Shown piece by piece: positions 35,901-46,973 of a stretch of DNA of 59,602 nucleotides (its first letter is position 1; each line of letters starts with the position of its first letter). Below the pieces are notes generated by a model, which saw only the letters and a list, made by a program, of their open reading frames with translations, was not told the DNA's origin and ran no database searches. Made by a program: the position numbers and the translations under genes. The stretch is from the NCBI GenBank assembly GCA_016618085.1, contig JABLTG010000131.1, forward strand, positions 1-59,602. The letters run 5' to 3'. The DNA comes from Neovahlkampfia damariscottae (taxonomy: Eukaryota).

Positions 35901-37648
35901 AATGTCATTGGAGAGGATATCACACAACATTCAAAAACAAAGTTACATGTCAATGGAAAAGACTTTCAACAACAAAAAAAGGAAAAGAATGTTGCACAAA
36001 ACACTTCAAATGTCAAAAGAACAAATGTAAACAATACAAGAAACCAACTTGTAGAATTACTGAAGTTAGAGCAAAAACATCAAAACCAAAAGTTTGTAAA
36101 TTTCATAAAATCAAAAATGGAAAGAAACTTGTTTGTTGTCAAGTATTCAGAGATTGTCACATTAAAAAACATTGTAAAGCTTGTAAACCAGTTTGTAAAA
36201 CAAGAAAAGTTTGTAAAACAAAATCTACAATCACAGCTGTTACAAAGAAGACATGTCATTTGATCAAGAAAAAGCATTATTATAGAAACCAATGTTGTAC
36301 TTGGATTAGAAAATGTCATAATGGAAAATGCAGTAATGTTAACAAAAAATGTGGTATGACAGGAAAACACATCTTTATTTCAAGAAAAAAATCCAAATGT
36401 TATTTCAAACATGGAAAAGAAGGAAACGTTGCTACAAGACAAAAAGTTTGTTGCCATTACAAAACACAATGTTCAAAATGTGTTGGAAATAAAATTAGAT
36501 GTAAACCAACTGAACTTAAATGTAAAGCTATGGGTCCAAAAAGAACTATTGCTTCTGTCATTAAATGTAAAGTTACATCAATTGGAAATGGTCTCAAACG
36601 TAAAGAATGTTGCAGATACAAAAGAGTTTGTGAAGGAAAAAGATGTCATCACAAAAAAGGAGTTTGTAAATTCATTGGAGATGTTGTGACTTTCTCAAAA
36701 AGAACAAAATGCAAAAAAGTTTACATTGACGCAAATGGAAAAAAACATTCATGCAATTTCTCAGATAAAGCTGCTGATAAAATTACAGTTGGAGTTAGAA
36801 AAGAATGTTGTACAACAATTAGAAAATGTGCTGGAGTTAAATGTGAAAAATCAGTTAACTGTAAATTTGTTGGACCTATTGTTACTCACAAACCAGTTAC
36901 AAAATGTAAAATCGTTAAAATTAGACATAACGCACAAAGAAAGAATTGTTGTCTTTTCAAAAAAGTATGTCGTGGAGCACGTTGCAAATTAACAAAGAAA
37001 AGATGTTATTTCACAGGTCCAATTACTACATTTAAAAAACAAACAAAATGTTCATGGAATGCTAAAAAAGATGTTAGAACACAAACATGTTGTAAATTGT
37101 CAATTAAATGCGTTGCTAAAAAATGTACTGTTGTTAAAAAGAAATGTAGAGCTACAAAATCAGAAACTCTTAAAAGAACTGAAAAATGTAGATGGAGAAA
37201 ACACAAAGGTGGAAAACAAAAACAATGTTGTTCAGTTACTAAAAAATGTGTTAAAAACTTAATTATTGGACTCAAAAAATGTTCAAGATTTCATAAATCA
37301 TGTAAATGGGTTGGTCATCTTTTATCAAACAAAGTTGTTCATGGATGTACTTGGAAACCTTTTGGTAAAAACGGAAAAAGAAGAAAATGTTGTAAGAAGA
37401 CTTTAAGTTGTGTTGATGGAAATTGTCAACATAAACATACAGTTTGCAAATGGAAAGGACCTGTTTTCACAAGAAAATATTACAAAAAATGTAAATGGGT
37501 TCATTATCTCAAAGGATGTGGAACTGGAGCTAAAAGATTCAAATGTTGTACTTTCATGAAGTATTGTGTTGGACCAAAATGCAAAACATCAAAAGGAAAA
37601 TGCAAATGGGAATCAAAAGAATTTGTTCCAAAACCAAAACAACAATAA
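32930..37648 (+). CDS. secreted 1572-aa Cys/Lys-rich tandem-repeat protein
   Basis: Signal peptide MRTIALSICFFLLVGF; recurrent RCCxWxxSC...KCFNHSxxCxW and CxW...KxCC modules; intronless. Confidence 0.85.
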   Translation: MRTIALSICFFLLVGFIMNVNAQVSQSCEWVLVKKTKNTQIKERTCCNFRIVNGQKTKIGCDKNKFTVVSKNKSGCRLKPVAGGVRNRCCKWVSSCAQEAGKAKKCFTHSERCHFVGKVQNGKAAKNALHKATGKRFIKENCTWRVLSKGPKTTIKQKICCRGNSCHKTNHKVLNKKFLKCVMKNKHGVTRNRCCCWTTSCDYLKNKKIKCFNHSARCSWNKPVFKSKCHYQIVRKAPGKVVKQRFCCFRGKCHKTSYQIISSKKKKCVMKRRNGVLNKRCCSWTTSCNFAQGKKKKCFNHSTKCYWGFQKRKIVPGCKYCVVSKRGNTTTKIKTCCTNKKCTRTKDLIINKSHSRCVSKGKGKRCCDWTTTCKYQGTKKLNCFNHSQKCYNLNKGCQFIVISRRGNKVVKAARGHCKQPFNKVINYTHSKCKKNRCCKWKKSCTFKGSKKLKCFVHSQRCWNKKSNKKCSCTWRRKKFKNIITKQLYCCNAKKCIKRNHSITVTLRYRCATKQHKTRCCSWRVACENKNGKRKCFNHSASCKWKSNCDGCKYRTISVRGNTTTKQKYCCHKGHCMKKPSKIVNQTKYKCVKRAHGASLRNRCCKWKTSCSYEKGIKLKCFNHSQKCFWQGSKIPSKVSLKCSWKTGKSTKYSTTKYKVCCSGNKCSRNGSKIVVSNVTKCSIKNEKQKECCTHKQSCHYIVDARKSVRCRKLSKPKCAMVNISKKDGCYWTTFSKNGATTKKDKVCCQNGICTKSKDEITNVHKEKCVLRQHGKDLGMRCCKWISSNLIQEGAQSKSFTHSESCEWKKAKCSWKTVSNTRTKRVKVRVLCHGKHCLHTKDVVTIHKKSKCVSRKYKNGKKQRCCDWKKSCYTNGKKRKCLVHSAKCSWRGKITTTRIATLCYWKRVSKHQNQETKKRFCCPHKITCKGKSCSKRKIGACASPGQVIKNIIKHRCQIRKHNFAQRNRCCTWVKSCVSLKYNNTRCFTHSGKCHWRGYHTTFKNKVTCQWKRLSTTKKGKECCTKHFKCQKNKCKQYKKPTCRITEVRAKTSKPKVCKFHKIKNGKKLVCCQVFRDCHIKKHCKACKPVCKTRKVCKTKSTITAVTKKTCHLIKKKHYYRNQCCTWIRKCHNGKCSNVNKKCGMTGKHIFISRKKSKCYFKHGKEGNVATRQKVCCHYKTQCSKCVGNKIRCKPTELKCKAMGPKRTIASVIKCKVTSIGNGLKRKECCRYKRVCEGKRCHHKKGVCKFIGDVVTFSKRTKCKKVYIDANGKKHSCNFSDKAADKITVGVRKECCTTIRKCAGVKCEKSVNCKFVGPIVTHKPVTKCKIVKIRHNAQRKNCCLFKKVCRGARCKLTKKRCYFTGPITTFKKQTKCSWNAKKDVRTQTCCKLSIKCVAKKCTVVKKKCRATKSETLKRTEKCRWRKHKGGKQKQCCSVTKKCVKNLIIGLKKCSRFHKSCKWVGHLLSNKVVHGCTWKPFGKNGKRRKCCKKTLSCVDGNCQHKHTVCKWKGPVFTRKYYKKCKWVHYLKGCGTGAKRFKCCTFMKYCVGPKCKTSKGKCKWESKEFVPKPKQQ

Positions 37649-37992
37649 ATATTATTTTTTTGAATTTTTTTCACAACGTTAAATTTTTAAATTGGTTTGG
37701 AAATTTTGTTGACCAAATGTGAACGAGAAAAACAACCAATGAAGAAGTTTGACAAAGCGAAATTGAATTCAATCTCAAGATTGATGTGAAAATGAAGTTG
37801 ATAAAATTGATGGTAATTTCATGCAAAAAAGCGATTTTTTAAATAAAAAGAACAATTCTCCAAATTCGAAAGAATTGACCAATTGCAATACACGAATTTA
37901 GAAAAAATCTTCGCTCATTCCGCCAATAAAAGTGCTTCAAAGTTGTAAAACCTTCGAATTCAACTTTCCTCACAAGAAGACAACACAACAAA

Positions 37993-40651
37993 ATGGTAAC
38001 TTATTTTTTTTGGTATTTAATAATAAAAATGTTAGGTTAACTTCACAATTGATCAAATCCGTGGACTCATGGATGACCAAGCTCTTATTCGTAACATGTC
38101 TGTTATTGCTCATGTTGATCACGGAAAATCAACTTTAACAGATTCACTTGTATGCGCTGCTGGTATTATTTCAGTACAAAATATGGGTACTTCCAGATAT
38201 ATGGATACAAGAAAAGATGAAGCTGAAAGAGGTATCACTATTAAATCAACAGCTATTTCAATGTTTTTTGAACTTGACAAAGCTATTAAACCAGTTGAAG
38301 ATACATCATTCGACAAAAAAACAGATAAAAAAGAAAAAGAAGAAAAAGTTCTTGAAGTCGAAGAAAAACAAGAATTTACAAAAGACGGAAAACTTGTTAA
38401 AATCCCATATCTTATCAATCTTATTGATTCACCTGGTCACGTTGATTTTTCATCAGAAGTTACAGCTGCTCTTCGTGTTACAGATGGTGCTTTAGTTGTT
38501 ATTGATTGTATTGAAGGAGTTTGTGTACAAACAGAAACTGTATTACGTCAAGCACTTATGGAAAGAATTAAACCAGTTCTTATGATCAATAAATTAGATC
38601 GTGCTTTACTTGAATTACAACTTGAACCTGAAGAAATGTACCAAACATTCTCAAAAGCTATTGAATCAGCTAATGTTGTTATTGCTACATACCAAGATGA
38701 AACTTTAGGAGATCCACAAGTATATCCAGAAAGAGGTACAGTTGGTTTTGGTGCAGGATTACACGGTTGGGGTTTCACTTTAAGAAACTTTGCTAGAATG
38801 TATTCTAAAAAATTTGGTGTTCCAGAAGCTAAATTAATGAAAAGACTTTGGGGTGATAACTACTTTAACCCAAAAACAAAAAAATGGACTTCAAATTCAC
38901 AAGGAGAAGATGGAAAACAATTACCAAGAGCTTTCTGTCAATTTTGTATTGATCCAATTTATCAAATCTGTAGAGCTGCTATGGCTGATAAAACTGAAAA
39001 AGTTAACAAAATGCTTAAAACACTCGGAATTAAACTTTCAGTTGAAGATGCTCAATTAAAAGAAAAAAAACTTATCAAAACAATCATGAGACAATTTTTA
39101 CCAGCTGCTGATGCTGTATTAGAAATGATTGTTGTTCATCTTCCATCACCAAAAAAAGCTCAATCATACAGATATAACGTTTTATATAATGGACCAACTG
39201 ATGATAAATATGCTCAAGCTATGGCTAAATGTGATCCAAAAGGACCTTTAATGATGTATGTATCTAAAATGGTTCCAACATCAGACAAAGGTAGATTTGT
39301 TGCTTTTGGAAGAGTTTTCTCAGGTACAGTCAGAACAGGTTTAAAAATCAGAATTATGGGTAACAATTATGAACCAGGAAAAAAAGACGATTGTTATGAA
39401 AATAAATCAATTCAAAGAACTGTAATTATGATGGGAAGAACAACAGAAGCTGTTGATGATATTCCATGTGGTAATGTTGGTGGTTTATTAGGTGTTGATC
39501 AATTTATTGTTAAAACTGGTACTCTTACAAATGCTGATAATAGTGATGCATGTCCATTAGTTACAATGAAATATTCAGTATCACCTGTTGTTCGTGTTGC
39601 TGTTGCTCCAAAAAATCCATCTGATTTACCAAAATTAGTTGAAGGTTTAAAAAGATTAGCAAAATCAGATCCATTAGTTTTATGTTATACAGAAGAATCA
39701 GGAGAACATATTGTTGCTGGTGCTGGTGAATTACATCTTGATATTTGTATTAAAGACTTAAGAGATGATTATACTGGAGTTCCTTTAATCGTTTCACCAC
39801 CTGTTGTTTCATTCAGAGAAACTGTTACAGATGAATCAAGTCAAACAATTTTATCAAAATCACCAAATAAACATAACAGATTATTCATGAAAGCTCAACC
39901 TATGGATGATGAATTAGTTGAAATGATTGAAAATAAAGAAATCCAACCAAAAGATGATGCAAAAAAAAGAGCTAAAATTCTTTCAGAAAAATTTGAATGG
40001 GATCCAAATGATGCTAAAAAAATCTGGTGTTTTGGACCAGAAACTACAGGACCAAATCTCGTTGTTGATCAAACTAAAGGTGTTCAATATTTGAATGAAA
40101 TTAAAGATTCAATCGTTTCAGGATTTCAAATTGCTACAAAAGAAGGTGTTCTTTGTGATGAACATTTAAGAGGTTTCAGAGTTAATCTTTTAGATGTTAC
40201 TTTACATTCTGATGCTATTCACAGAGGAGGTGGTCAAATTATTCCAACTGCTAGAAGATGTTATTATGGTTGTCAATATACTGCTGAACCAAGACTTTTA
40301 GAACCAGTTTTTCTTGTTGATATTCTTTGTCCAGATGATGTTGTTGGTAATATTTATGGTGTCCTCAACAGAAGAAGAGGTGTTTTAATTGAAGATGTTC
40401 AAAGAGTTGGTACTCCAATGCATTCAGTTAAATGTCATTTACCTGTACTTGAATCATTCGGATTTACTGAAGATTTAAGATCCCATACAGGAGGAAAAGC
40501 CTTCCCACAATGTGTATTTGATCATTGGCAAATTTTAGGAAATTCACCATTCAAAGATGGTATTGCTAGAACTTCTGCACTCAAAACAAGAGCAAGAAAA
40601 GGTCTCTCAGAAGATTTTCCACCTCTTGACAGATTTGTTGATAAACTTTAA
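37993..40651 (+). CDS. EEF2: translation elongation factor 2
   Basis: ATG, intron 37996-38035, then [40 protein letters not shown], diphthamide loop DAIHRGGGQ. Confidence 0.98.
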
Positions 40652-40782
40652 AATAAAAACATTTTTTCAACTATAGTTGTTTTAGTCTAACTCTTGTGTT
40701 TTTTATTCATTTCCACATTTCATTCTTTAATCTTCATTTCTTGACATCAATTCTTCTTCTTGGACCAATCATTTTTAACTCA

Positions 40783-41373
40783 ATGAGATTTGAAACTGCA
40801 ACTTTAAGTTTAGGATGATTTTGGACACCAGAACCAAAATATGGTGGACTTAAAGGTGTTATTAGAACAAGAGTAGGTTATACAGGTGGTGAATATAACA
40901 CACCATCTTATTATGACATGAAAGATCATTCAGAATCAGTTCAAATAGATTTTGATCCAACAGTCATTTCTTTTGAAGAATTACTAAATATATTTTGGTC
41001 TTCACATTCACCTACTCATATTCATTTTAGAAAACAATACATGTCCGCAATTTGGTTTCACAATGAACAACAAAAAGAAGTTGCATTGAAAACATTTTCA
41101 CAACAACCTCAAAAAGTTTTTACAGTCATTGAACCTTTTAAATTTTGGACAAATGCTGAATTTTATCATCAGAAATATCGTTTACAAAAAAAAAAAAAAA
41201 TTCTTTCATTTTTTGATGAAATGGATGAAGATGAATTTATTAAATCAACATTTATCACAAAATTAAATGCTTTTCTCGGTGGCTATACCAACATCCAAGA
41301 AATTGAACAACTTTCAAGTTCAGAGGAAAATGTTGATAAAAAGAAATTGTTGGAATCTTTGAAAAGTCTTTAG
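40783..41373 (+). CDS. msrA: selenocysteine-containing peptide-methionine (S)-S-oxide reductase MsrA, 196 aa
   Basis: MRFETATLSLG-[TGA 40816-40818]-FWTPE...GVIRTRVGYTGG...HSESVQIDFDP...QYMSAIW...AEFYHQKY; the TGA occupies the catalytic Cys of GCFW. Confidence 0.93.
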
Positions 41374-41409
41374 TAGATTGTCTTTTTAGGTGATTTTTAT
41401 GAATTTTGT

Positions 41410-41493
41410 TTTTCAATTTTTTAATGAAGTTTGTTTTCCAAATTGTTTTAAAAAACAAAGAAAATAAATTGAGACTCAAAACAAAATTGAAAA
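41410..41493 (+). promoter_or_regulatory. eukaryotic type II SECIS element in the msrA 3' UTR
   Basis: ATGAA 41424-28; helix GTTTGTTTTC 41429-38 / GAAAATAAAT 41460-69; unpaired AAA 41440-42; mini-stem TTGTTT/AAACAA; TGAG 41470-73; outer helix TTTTCAATTTT/AAAATTGAAAA. Confidence 0.88.
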
Positions 41494-41577
41494 TTCAAGT
41501 TTCATAAAAAATAAATATTTTCATTTATAATAATGAAGATGTTTTAATATCTACAAAATCGAGTTGTTCGCTTGATT

Positions 41578-42706
41578 TCAATTTTTTGTTATTACTTCAA
41601 CATCAACAAAAAATTGATGATGTAAACTTGTCAAAAGTGTCAAATTAAAAATTTTAATCATATCATCAAAAGGACCAAATTCAATCTCTATACAACCATT
41701 TAAAAGCTCTTGACCATCATAACCCGCAAAAATCTAAAAAATGTCAAACTGTCAAAAATTTTTTTTTTTTTTTTTACAATCAATGAATTTTCATATAAAA
41801 TAGTGGAATGTAAATATCTCCTCCTAATTTTTTGATTCAATTTTACTTTTCTCCATCTCAAAGTTGAAAAATTAAATTCCTTTAAACTTGAACTTGTTTT
41901 ATTTCCATTAAAACCACCAAAAATAAACATCGAATTATGATAAATAGTAGCAGAATGTTCAGATAACTTTGTTAATTTTAATCCATTGACAATAATTTCA
42001 TTCCAAGTTGAAGTTGTAAAATTAAAAGAATAAATGTCATTAAATCTATTGGGTGAATTATAACCCCCAAAAATAATCATAGAATCATCTTTTAAACAAC
42101 TACTATGATGTGATCTAGCCTCTGGTAAATATCCAAATACGCTCAAGTTTGACCATTTTTTTTTTATCAAATCAAATTTCCAAATTTTATTGCAAGGTGC
42201 TTTCAATGAATCAATATGTCCACCAAAGATATAAAAGTCATCTTTATAGATTATACATGAATGATGTGATCTAGATTCAGGTCTTTCTTCAAGTTTTGTG
42301 TTCAAAAAAGTCCATTTTGAGAATTTAAAATTAAATTCATAAATATCATTACATCTTCTATTTCCAGAAAAACCACCAAATAAAATTACTTTATCTTTAT
42401 AAATTGAAGTTGTATGTCCTTCAGAAATTGGTTTTAATTTTTTTTTTTACCTGCTCGTTTTGTTGGAATATCTCCAAGTTGAAATATTTTTTTGAAAACT
42501 TTATGTGTTATATTGAATTCATAAATATCATCAAAATCATCAAACTCATTGTTTATACCTCCATATCCAAAAAATAAATATATTTTATCTTGATACAATA
42601 CGGAGGTTAGACCTTGTCTTGGTGAAGGTTCATCAAGAAAAGGATTATGTTTGTATAGATTATTAGTTTGTAAATATTCTCGTTCTTTGAATGGATATGA
42701 AATCAT
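41578..42706 (-). CDS. Kelch-repeat protein
   Basis: Repeated R.xH(S/T)....Y/M.FGG.....ND+Y.F.....W units; two short introns. Confidence 0.88.
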
Positions 42707-42895
42707 TAAGTTTTGATGGTTTTAGATGAGTTAAATGATTTGACCAATAGAATTGAACTAGTGAAGGAAATTGTCAAATAAAATTTAGTTTTTTTTGTGT
42801 TTCGGAGAATATTAAGAATATGGATTGTTTGGGAGAAATTTTTAGTTGTGGTTTTGTCCAATTATTCTATCAGAAAATTTTATCCAATCCAGGGC

Positions 42896-43903
42896 TTAAT
42901 GAAGAAATTGATAAATAGTTTTTTGATAATATACTTCCCCCTTTTTTAATATAATTGAAGGGAATTTTGGTTGATTTATAGAATCTGGGAAATGTTGGCA
43001 TTCCAAACAAAATGCAAAATGTTTTGTCCATTTTTTGTCACCAGATTCTTCCCCATTTAAATAGTTACCAGTATAGAATTGAACACCAGGTTCAGTTGAA
43101 AATACTTTCAATTTTCTTTTTGAATTTGGTTCAAAAACTTCTGCAACAAAATTCAATTGATTTTTTGAATATCCATCAATGACAAAGTTATGATCATATC
43201 CATGTTCAAACTCATTGATATCTTTTCCAATGCGTTTAGGCTCTCTGAAATTCATTTTTCTTTCTGTATTTTCAATTTCTCCTGTTGGAATTAACTGATC
43301 ATTGACAGGTGTGAAAAATCCCGAATTCAGTTTCAATTCATGATTTAAAATATTTTCGTCATTATTCACACCATTTAAATTGAAAAATGAATGATTTGTT
43401 AAGTTTATAATAGTATCTTGATCAGATTCAGCTTTATATTCCATGATGATTTCGTTCTCTTCAGAAATTGAATATTCAACAGAGACTTGTACGTTGCCTG
43501 GAAAGTTTTCATCACCATCTGAACTAAATAATGAAAATTTCACAGATTTTTCATCTAAATATGAGCTCCATAGTTTCTTATCAAAACCAACTTTACCACC
43601 ATGAAGACAGTTATTTCCATTATTTTGAATGAGAAAAAACTCTTTGGAATTGAGTGTAAACTTTCCTTTTGAAATTCTATTACAAACCCTTCCAACAGTA
43701 CTTCCATAATAACCATAGTGCTTTAAATAATCAGATTTTTCTTCAAAGCCTAAAACAACATTTTCAAAAATTTTTTTTTTGTTTTCAGTTTTAGGTGCCA
43801 AAATCTTTGTTATTCCAGCTCCATAATTCAAAAGTTGAACAGTAAATCCATTTTTATTTTTCAATTCAAAAAATTTCAAATCATTTTCTTCAACTGTTTT
43901 CAT
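42896..43903 (-). CDS. GALM: aldose 1-epimerase (galactose mutarotase)
   Basis: GRVCNRI, LHGG, NLTNHSFFNL, GYDHNF, QFYTGN, FCLECQHFPD. Confidence 0.95.
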   Translation of the reverse strand: MKTVEENDLKFFELKNKNGFTVQLLNYGAGITKILAPKTENKKKIFENVVLGFEEKSDYLKHYGYYGSTVGRVCNRISKGKFTLNSKEFFLIQNNGNNCLHGGKVGFDKKLWSSYLDEKSVKFSLFSSDGDENFPGNVQVSVEYSISEENEIIMEYKAESDQDTIINLTNHSFFNLNGVNNDENILNHELKLNSGFFTPVNDQLIPTGEIENTERKMNFREPKRIGKDINEFEHGYDHNFVIDGYSKNQLNFVAEVFEPNSKRKLKVFSTEPGVQFYTGNYLNGEESGDKKWTKHFAFCLECQHFPDSINQPKFPSIILKKGEVYYQKTIYQFLH

Positions 43904-43942
43904 CTTCTTTTGAAAAAATCACCAATCAAATCTAAAGAATTT

Positions 43943-45721
43943 TTATTTTTTGTTGAATAATTTATTCCATGTTGTGACAATATCATCCTTATCTGATGCA
44001 TCTTCAAGATTATAATCCCAAGCAATATGTTTTTTTCCTTGGTCATATCTTGCACAATCCGCTGCTCTAATTGGTTTGAACATAGTCGGCCATAATTCAT
44101 TAAAAATTTCAGATTTTCTGCCTCTCCAATTTAATTGTTTCAAAACACCATTTGCTACATGTCTTCCAGCTTCACAAGCAGCTTCCATTGATGCAAAAGC
44201 AGTTTGTGTTTTAACATAATCAGCTGCAATGAAGAAATTTGATAAACCTTTCACATCTGGTTTTGGTTGAATATGTGTCGCGTTTACACTATCAATAAAA
44301 AGAGGTTCTTCATTTGTATTATTACCTTGTTCAGGGAATTTAATAGCAGGATCCAAAAATGAGAATAAAACTTGTTCTTTTTGGTCCTTTTTAAATAAAT
44401 TTGGCAAGATTTTGTTCATTTGAAACCAGACTTCATCAATAATTTCTTGTTTAGTGCATTGTGTTGCTGGTTTTCCTTTTGAAGGTCCATCAATATTTCC
44501 AGGTTTTTGCCAATCACTTAAACAAATAGAAATGAGTCCTTTTACTTTACCATTTCCAATGTTTGTCCAATCATATTTATCATCCCAAAATTGTTTTTGT
44601 GATACAATTGCTAATGCCCATTTTGAAAATAATGTCATAACATGTCCTTTTGTTATTGGAACATCTTCATTCAAGTAAAATTGTACTCCATTCATTCCAA
44701 GCCACACTAATTGGTTTAATCTTCCTAAAGAAGGAGCAGCTCTAACCATTTCTTGAGTTACTAATTTTTCCATTTGAAATCCTGGAATTGTTGAAATGAA
44801 ATGATGTGCTCCAACAGCTTCAACTTTATTGGTTTTCAAATCTTTAATTCTAACCAATTGAATCTTATCACCAATAGCATGAAAATTAACAAGTTCTTTT
44901 TCTGTATGAAAATGAACACCTTTTGATTTTAAATAATCAACCCATGGATCAAAAAATACTTCATTTGTAGGTCTTTTGAACAATTGAATAAAAGGTCTTT
45001 TTGTAAAGAAAGGATTAAAAATTAAACGAATTGATAACAATCCAATTGTTCTTAATGATGCAATTTCAGCTTGAGATGCTAATAAAGTTTTTGTAATTCC
45101 ATGAACAATTAAAGCAATAGCTCCTCTTGATAATTTATCCGCTTGTAAGAATTTCCAATAAGCAATTTCATCAAATTCATTATCATATCTTTTTTGACAA
45201 CTTGTTGCCATTACAAATATTCTATTAGCATAAAAATTCATTTCTTTTGTTGGAATTTGTAAATTTGTTGCTACTTGATGTTGTGAAGCTAAAAAGCTCA
45301 AAAAGCTTGTATAATTATTTGGTGTGCTTCCAATAACATATGGTTTCCCATCATTAGTTGCCATAAATGTTTCTGTTTTTACTAAATTATCATAGACAGA
45401 TTTTCCTTGTTCCTTTAAAGGTATTCTTTTCATTTGATCAAACATGTGTTGGTAAAATCCTGGAAATATTCTGAAACCATGTTCACCATCTAAATCTAAT
45501 CTACCACCTGTTCCACTTCCTGGTACTTTTAAACTTCTTGCTTTTCCTCCAAAGATTTTATTTTTTTCGTAAACATGAATTTCAAGGTTTGGATTGATTT
45601 CAATTAATTCTTGAGCTGCTGTAAGACCACCAATACCTCCTCCAATAATTACAATTTTTTGTGAGTTTACAACCAAAGCACATGAAAAAAGTGCAAGAAA
45701 TACTGTCAAAAAGTATTTCAT
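43943..45721 (-). CDS. FAD-dependent amine-oxidase/carotenoid-desaturase superfamily oxidoreductase with signal peptide
   Basis: IIGGGIGGLTAAQEL, GGKARS, GEHGFRIFPGFY, ADYVKT...SMEAACEAGR; intronless. Confidence 0.8.
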   Translation of the reverse strand: MKYFLTVFLALFSCALVVNSQKIVIIGGGIGGLTAAQELIEINPNLEIHVYEKNKIFGGKARSLKVPGSGTGGRLDLDGEHGFRIFPGFYQHMFDQMKRIPLKEQGKSVYDNLVKTETFMATNDGKPYVIGSTPNNYTSFLSFLASQHQVATNLQIPTKEMNFYANRIFVMATSCQKRYDNEFDEIAYWKFLQADKLSRGAIALIVHGITKTLLASQAEIASLRTIGLLSIRLIFNPFFTKRPFIQLFKRPTNEVFFDPWVDYLKSKGVHFHTEKELVNFHAIGDKIQLVRIKDLKTNKVEAVGAHHFISTIPGFQMEKLVTQEMVRAAPSLGRLNQLVWLGMNGVQFYLNEDVPITKGHVMTLFSKWALAIVSQKQFWDDKYDWTNIGNGKVKGLISICLSDWQKPGNIDGPSKGKPATQCTKQEIIDEVWFQMNKILPNLFKKDQKEQVLFSFLDPAIKFPEQGNNTNEEPLFIDSVNATHIQPKPDVKGLSNFFIAADYVKTQTAFASMEAACEAGRHVANGVLKQLNWRGRKSEIFNELWPTMFKPIRAADCARYDQGKKHIAWDYNLEDASDKDDIVTTWNKLFNKK

Positions 45722-45841
45722 TGTTTATCCAATCAAAATAGATTATTCCTTCAATTTTAATCATTTTTCTTTGTGTAATACTTTTATAATTTTTCATAGA
45801 GATTTATTAAGAAAATTCAATATTTTTTTTTTGTCCAATCA

Positions 45842-46185
45842 ATGATGAAAAGAGTTGTTGAAGTGTTGTTGAAAGTAGGTACACCATTTTTATTGTGGTT
45901 TCTTATATTAATCGGTATTATTAAAGTAGAAATACCAAAGAATTATAACACCATTTTTCAATTCGTAAAAAAAAAAAACACATTAAATGACTACAGTTAC
46001 CTTTGATTGTTTTATTTTTATTTGGATTATATTCAATATTTGCAGTTTTAAAAAAAGTATTTAGTTTCAATGATTGTGAAAAAGAATATGACCAATTTTT
46101 AAAAGACGTTCAAAAAGCGGAAAAATCCTTGCTATCCAATGGAATAACTTTTTCAAAAGATTATAAAAAATTATCAACAGATTAA
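45842..46185 (+). CDS. DPM3: dolichol-phosphate mannose synthase subunit 3
   Basis: Intron 45965-45996; two TM segments then LP...FGLYS...VFSFNDCEKEYDQFLKDVQKAEKSLLSNG. Confidence 0.85.
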
Positions 46186-46196
46186 AAATTATTTCT

Positions 46197-46930
46197 TTAT
46201 TTCATTGATTTTCTGATAAATTCATGAATTGAATCAATTGATAATTTGATTGTTTTAAAACAGTAATAAAACTCTTCTGAACTGATTTTACCTTTGGTTT
46301 TACAAGTGACTAAATCATGTTTTTCTGAATCAAAAATGAAATTTAAAATAGTTTCACTCTTTTTTTCTTCTTCTTCTGTTGGATCCAATTGTATTGTTTT
46401 TTCGCCTTCATAACAACATGAAATTGGAACTAGAAAAATTTAGAATTAATAATAGAAAGACTTGGAATTGATTTTAAAGGTATAGATGCATCTAATAAAG
46501 CGAATATACAACCCATTAAAGCAACGCTTAACATCTAATTTTGTTAATTATTTTAAATTTGAATTTACAGATCCATCATCATTTAAAACTTGAATAACGA
46601 TTGTGATATTAGTTCTTGGATACAATTTTGATAATATGAATTCTTCTAAAGTTGATAAAATTGTTCTTTCAATCTCTTTTTCTTTTGACGCTTTTTTGAA
46701 CTTTCAATTTTTATTTTTTTTTTACTCAATTGACTATTTTTTGGTTTGAATACCACTTCAATTGTTGCTTTATCCAATTTTTCAAATTTTGTTTTCACTT
46801 CAATAGGTCCATACACAGAAACCACTACTTTTGATTTTCCTTGAGAAAATTCACAAGAACCATCTGATCTTTCAAGAAATCCTGTTGTTACTGAAAAATT
46901 TCTAAATTCGGTTTTCTGCCTTATGGTCAT
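46197..46930 (-). CDS. RRP46: exosome complex RNase PH subunit Rrp46
   Basis: GFLERSDGSCEFSQGKSKVVVSVYGP, YPRTNITIVIQVLNDDGS, ALLDASIPL; short introns. Confidence 0.88.
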
Positions 46931-46973
46931 TTTTTTTTTGTAAACCAAATTTCAATTGGTTCATTTTTTAGTG

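Noticed and set aside
33276..39059. Many short alternative-frame and antisense ORFs inside the Cys-rich gene and EEF2 (likewise inside the RasGEF, MCM9 and S8 genes)
   Set aside because: Expected by-products of biased codon usage; no motifs.
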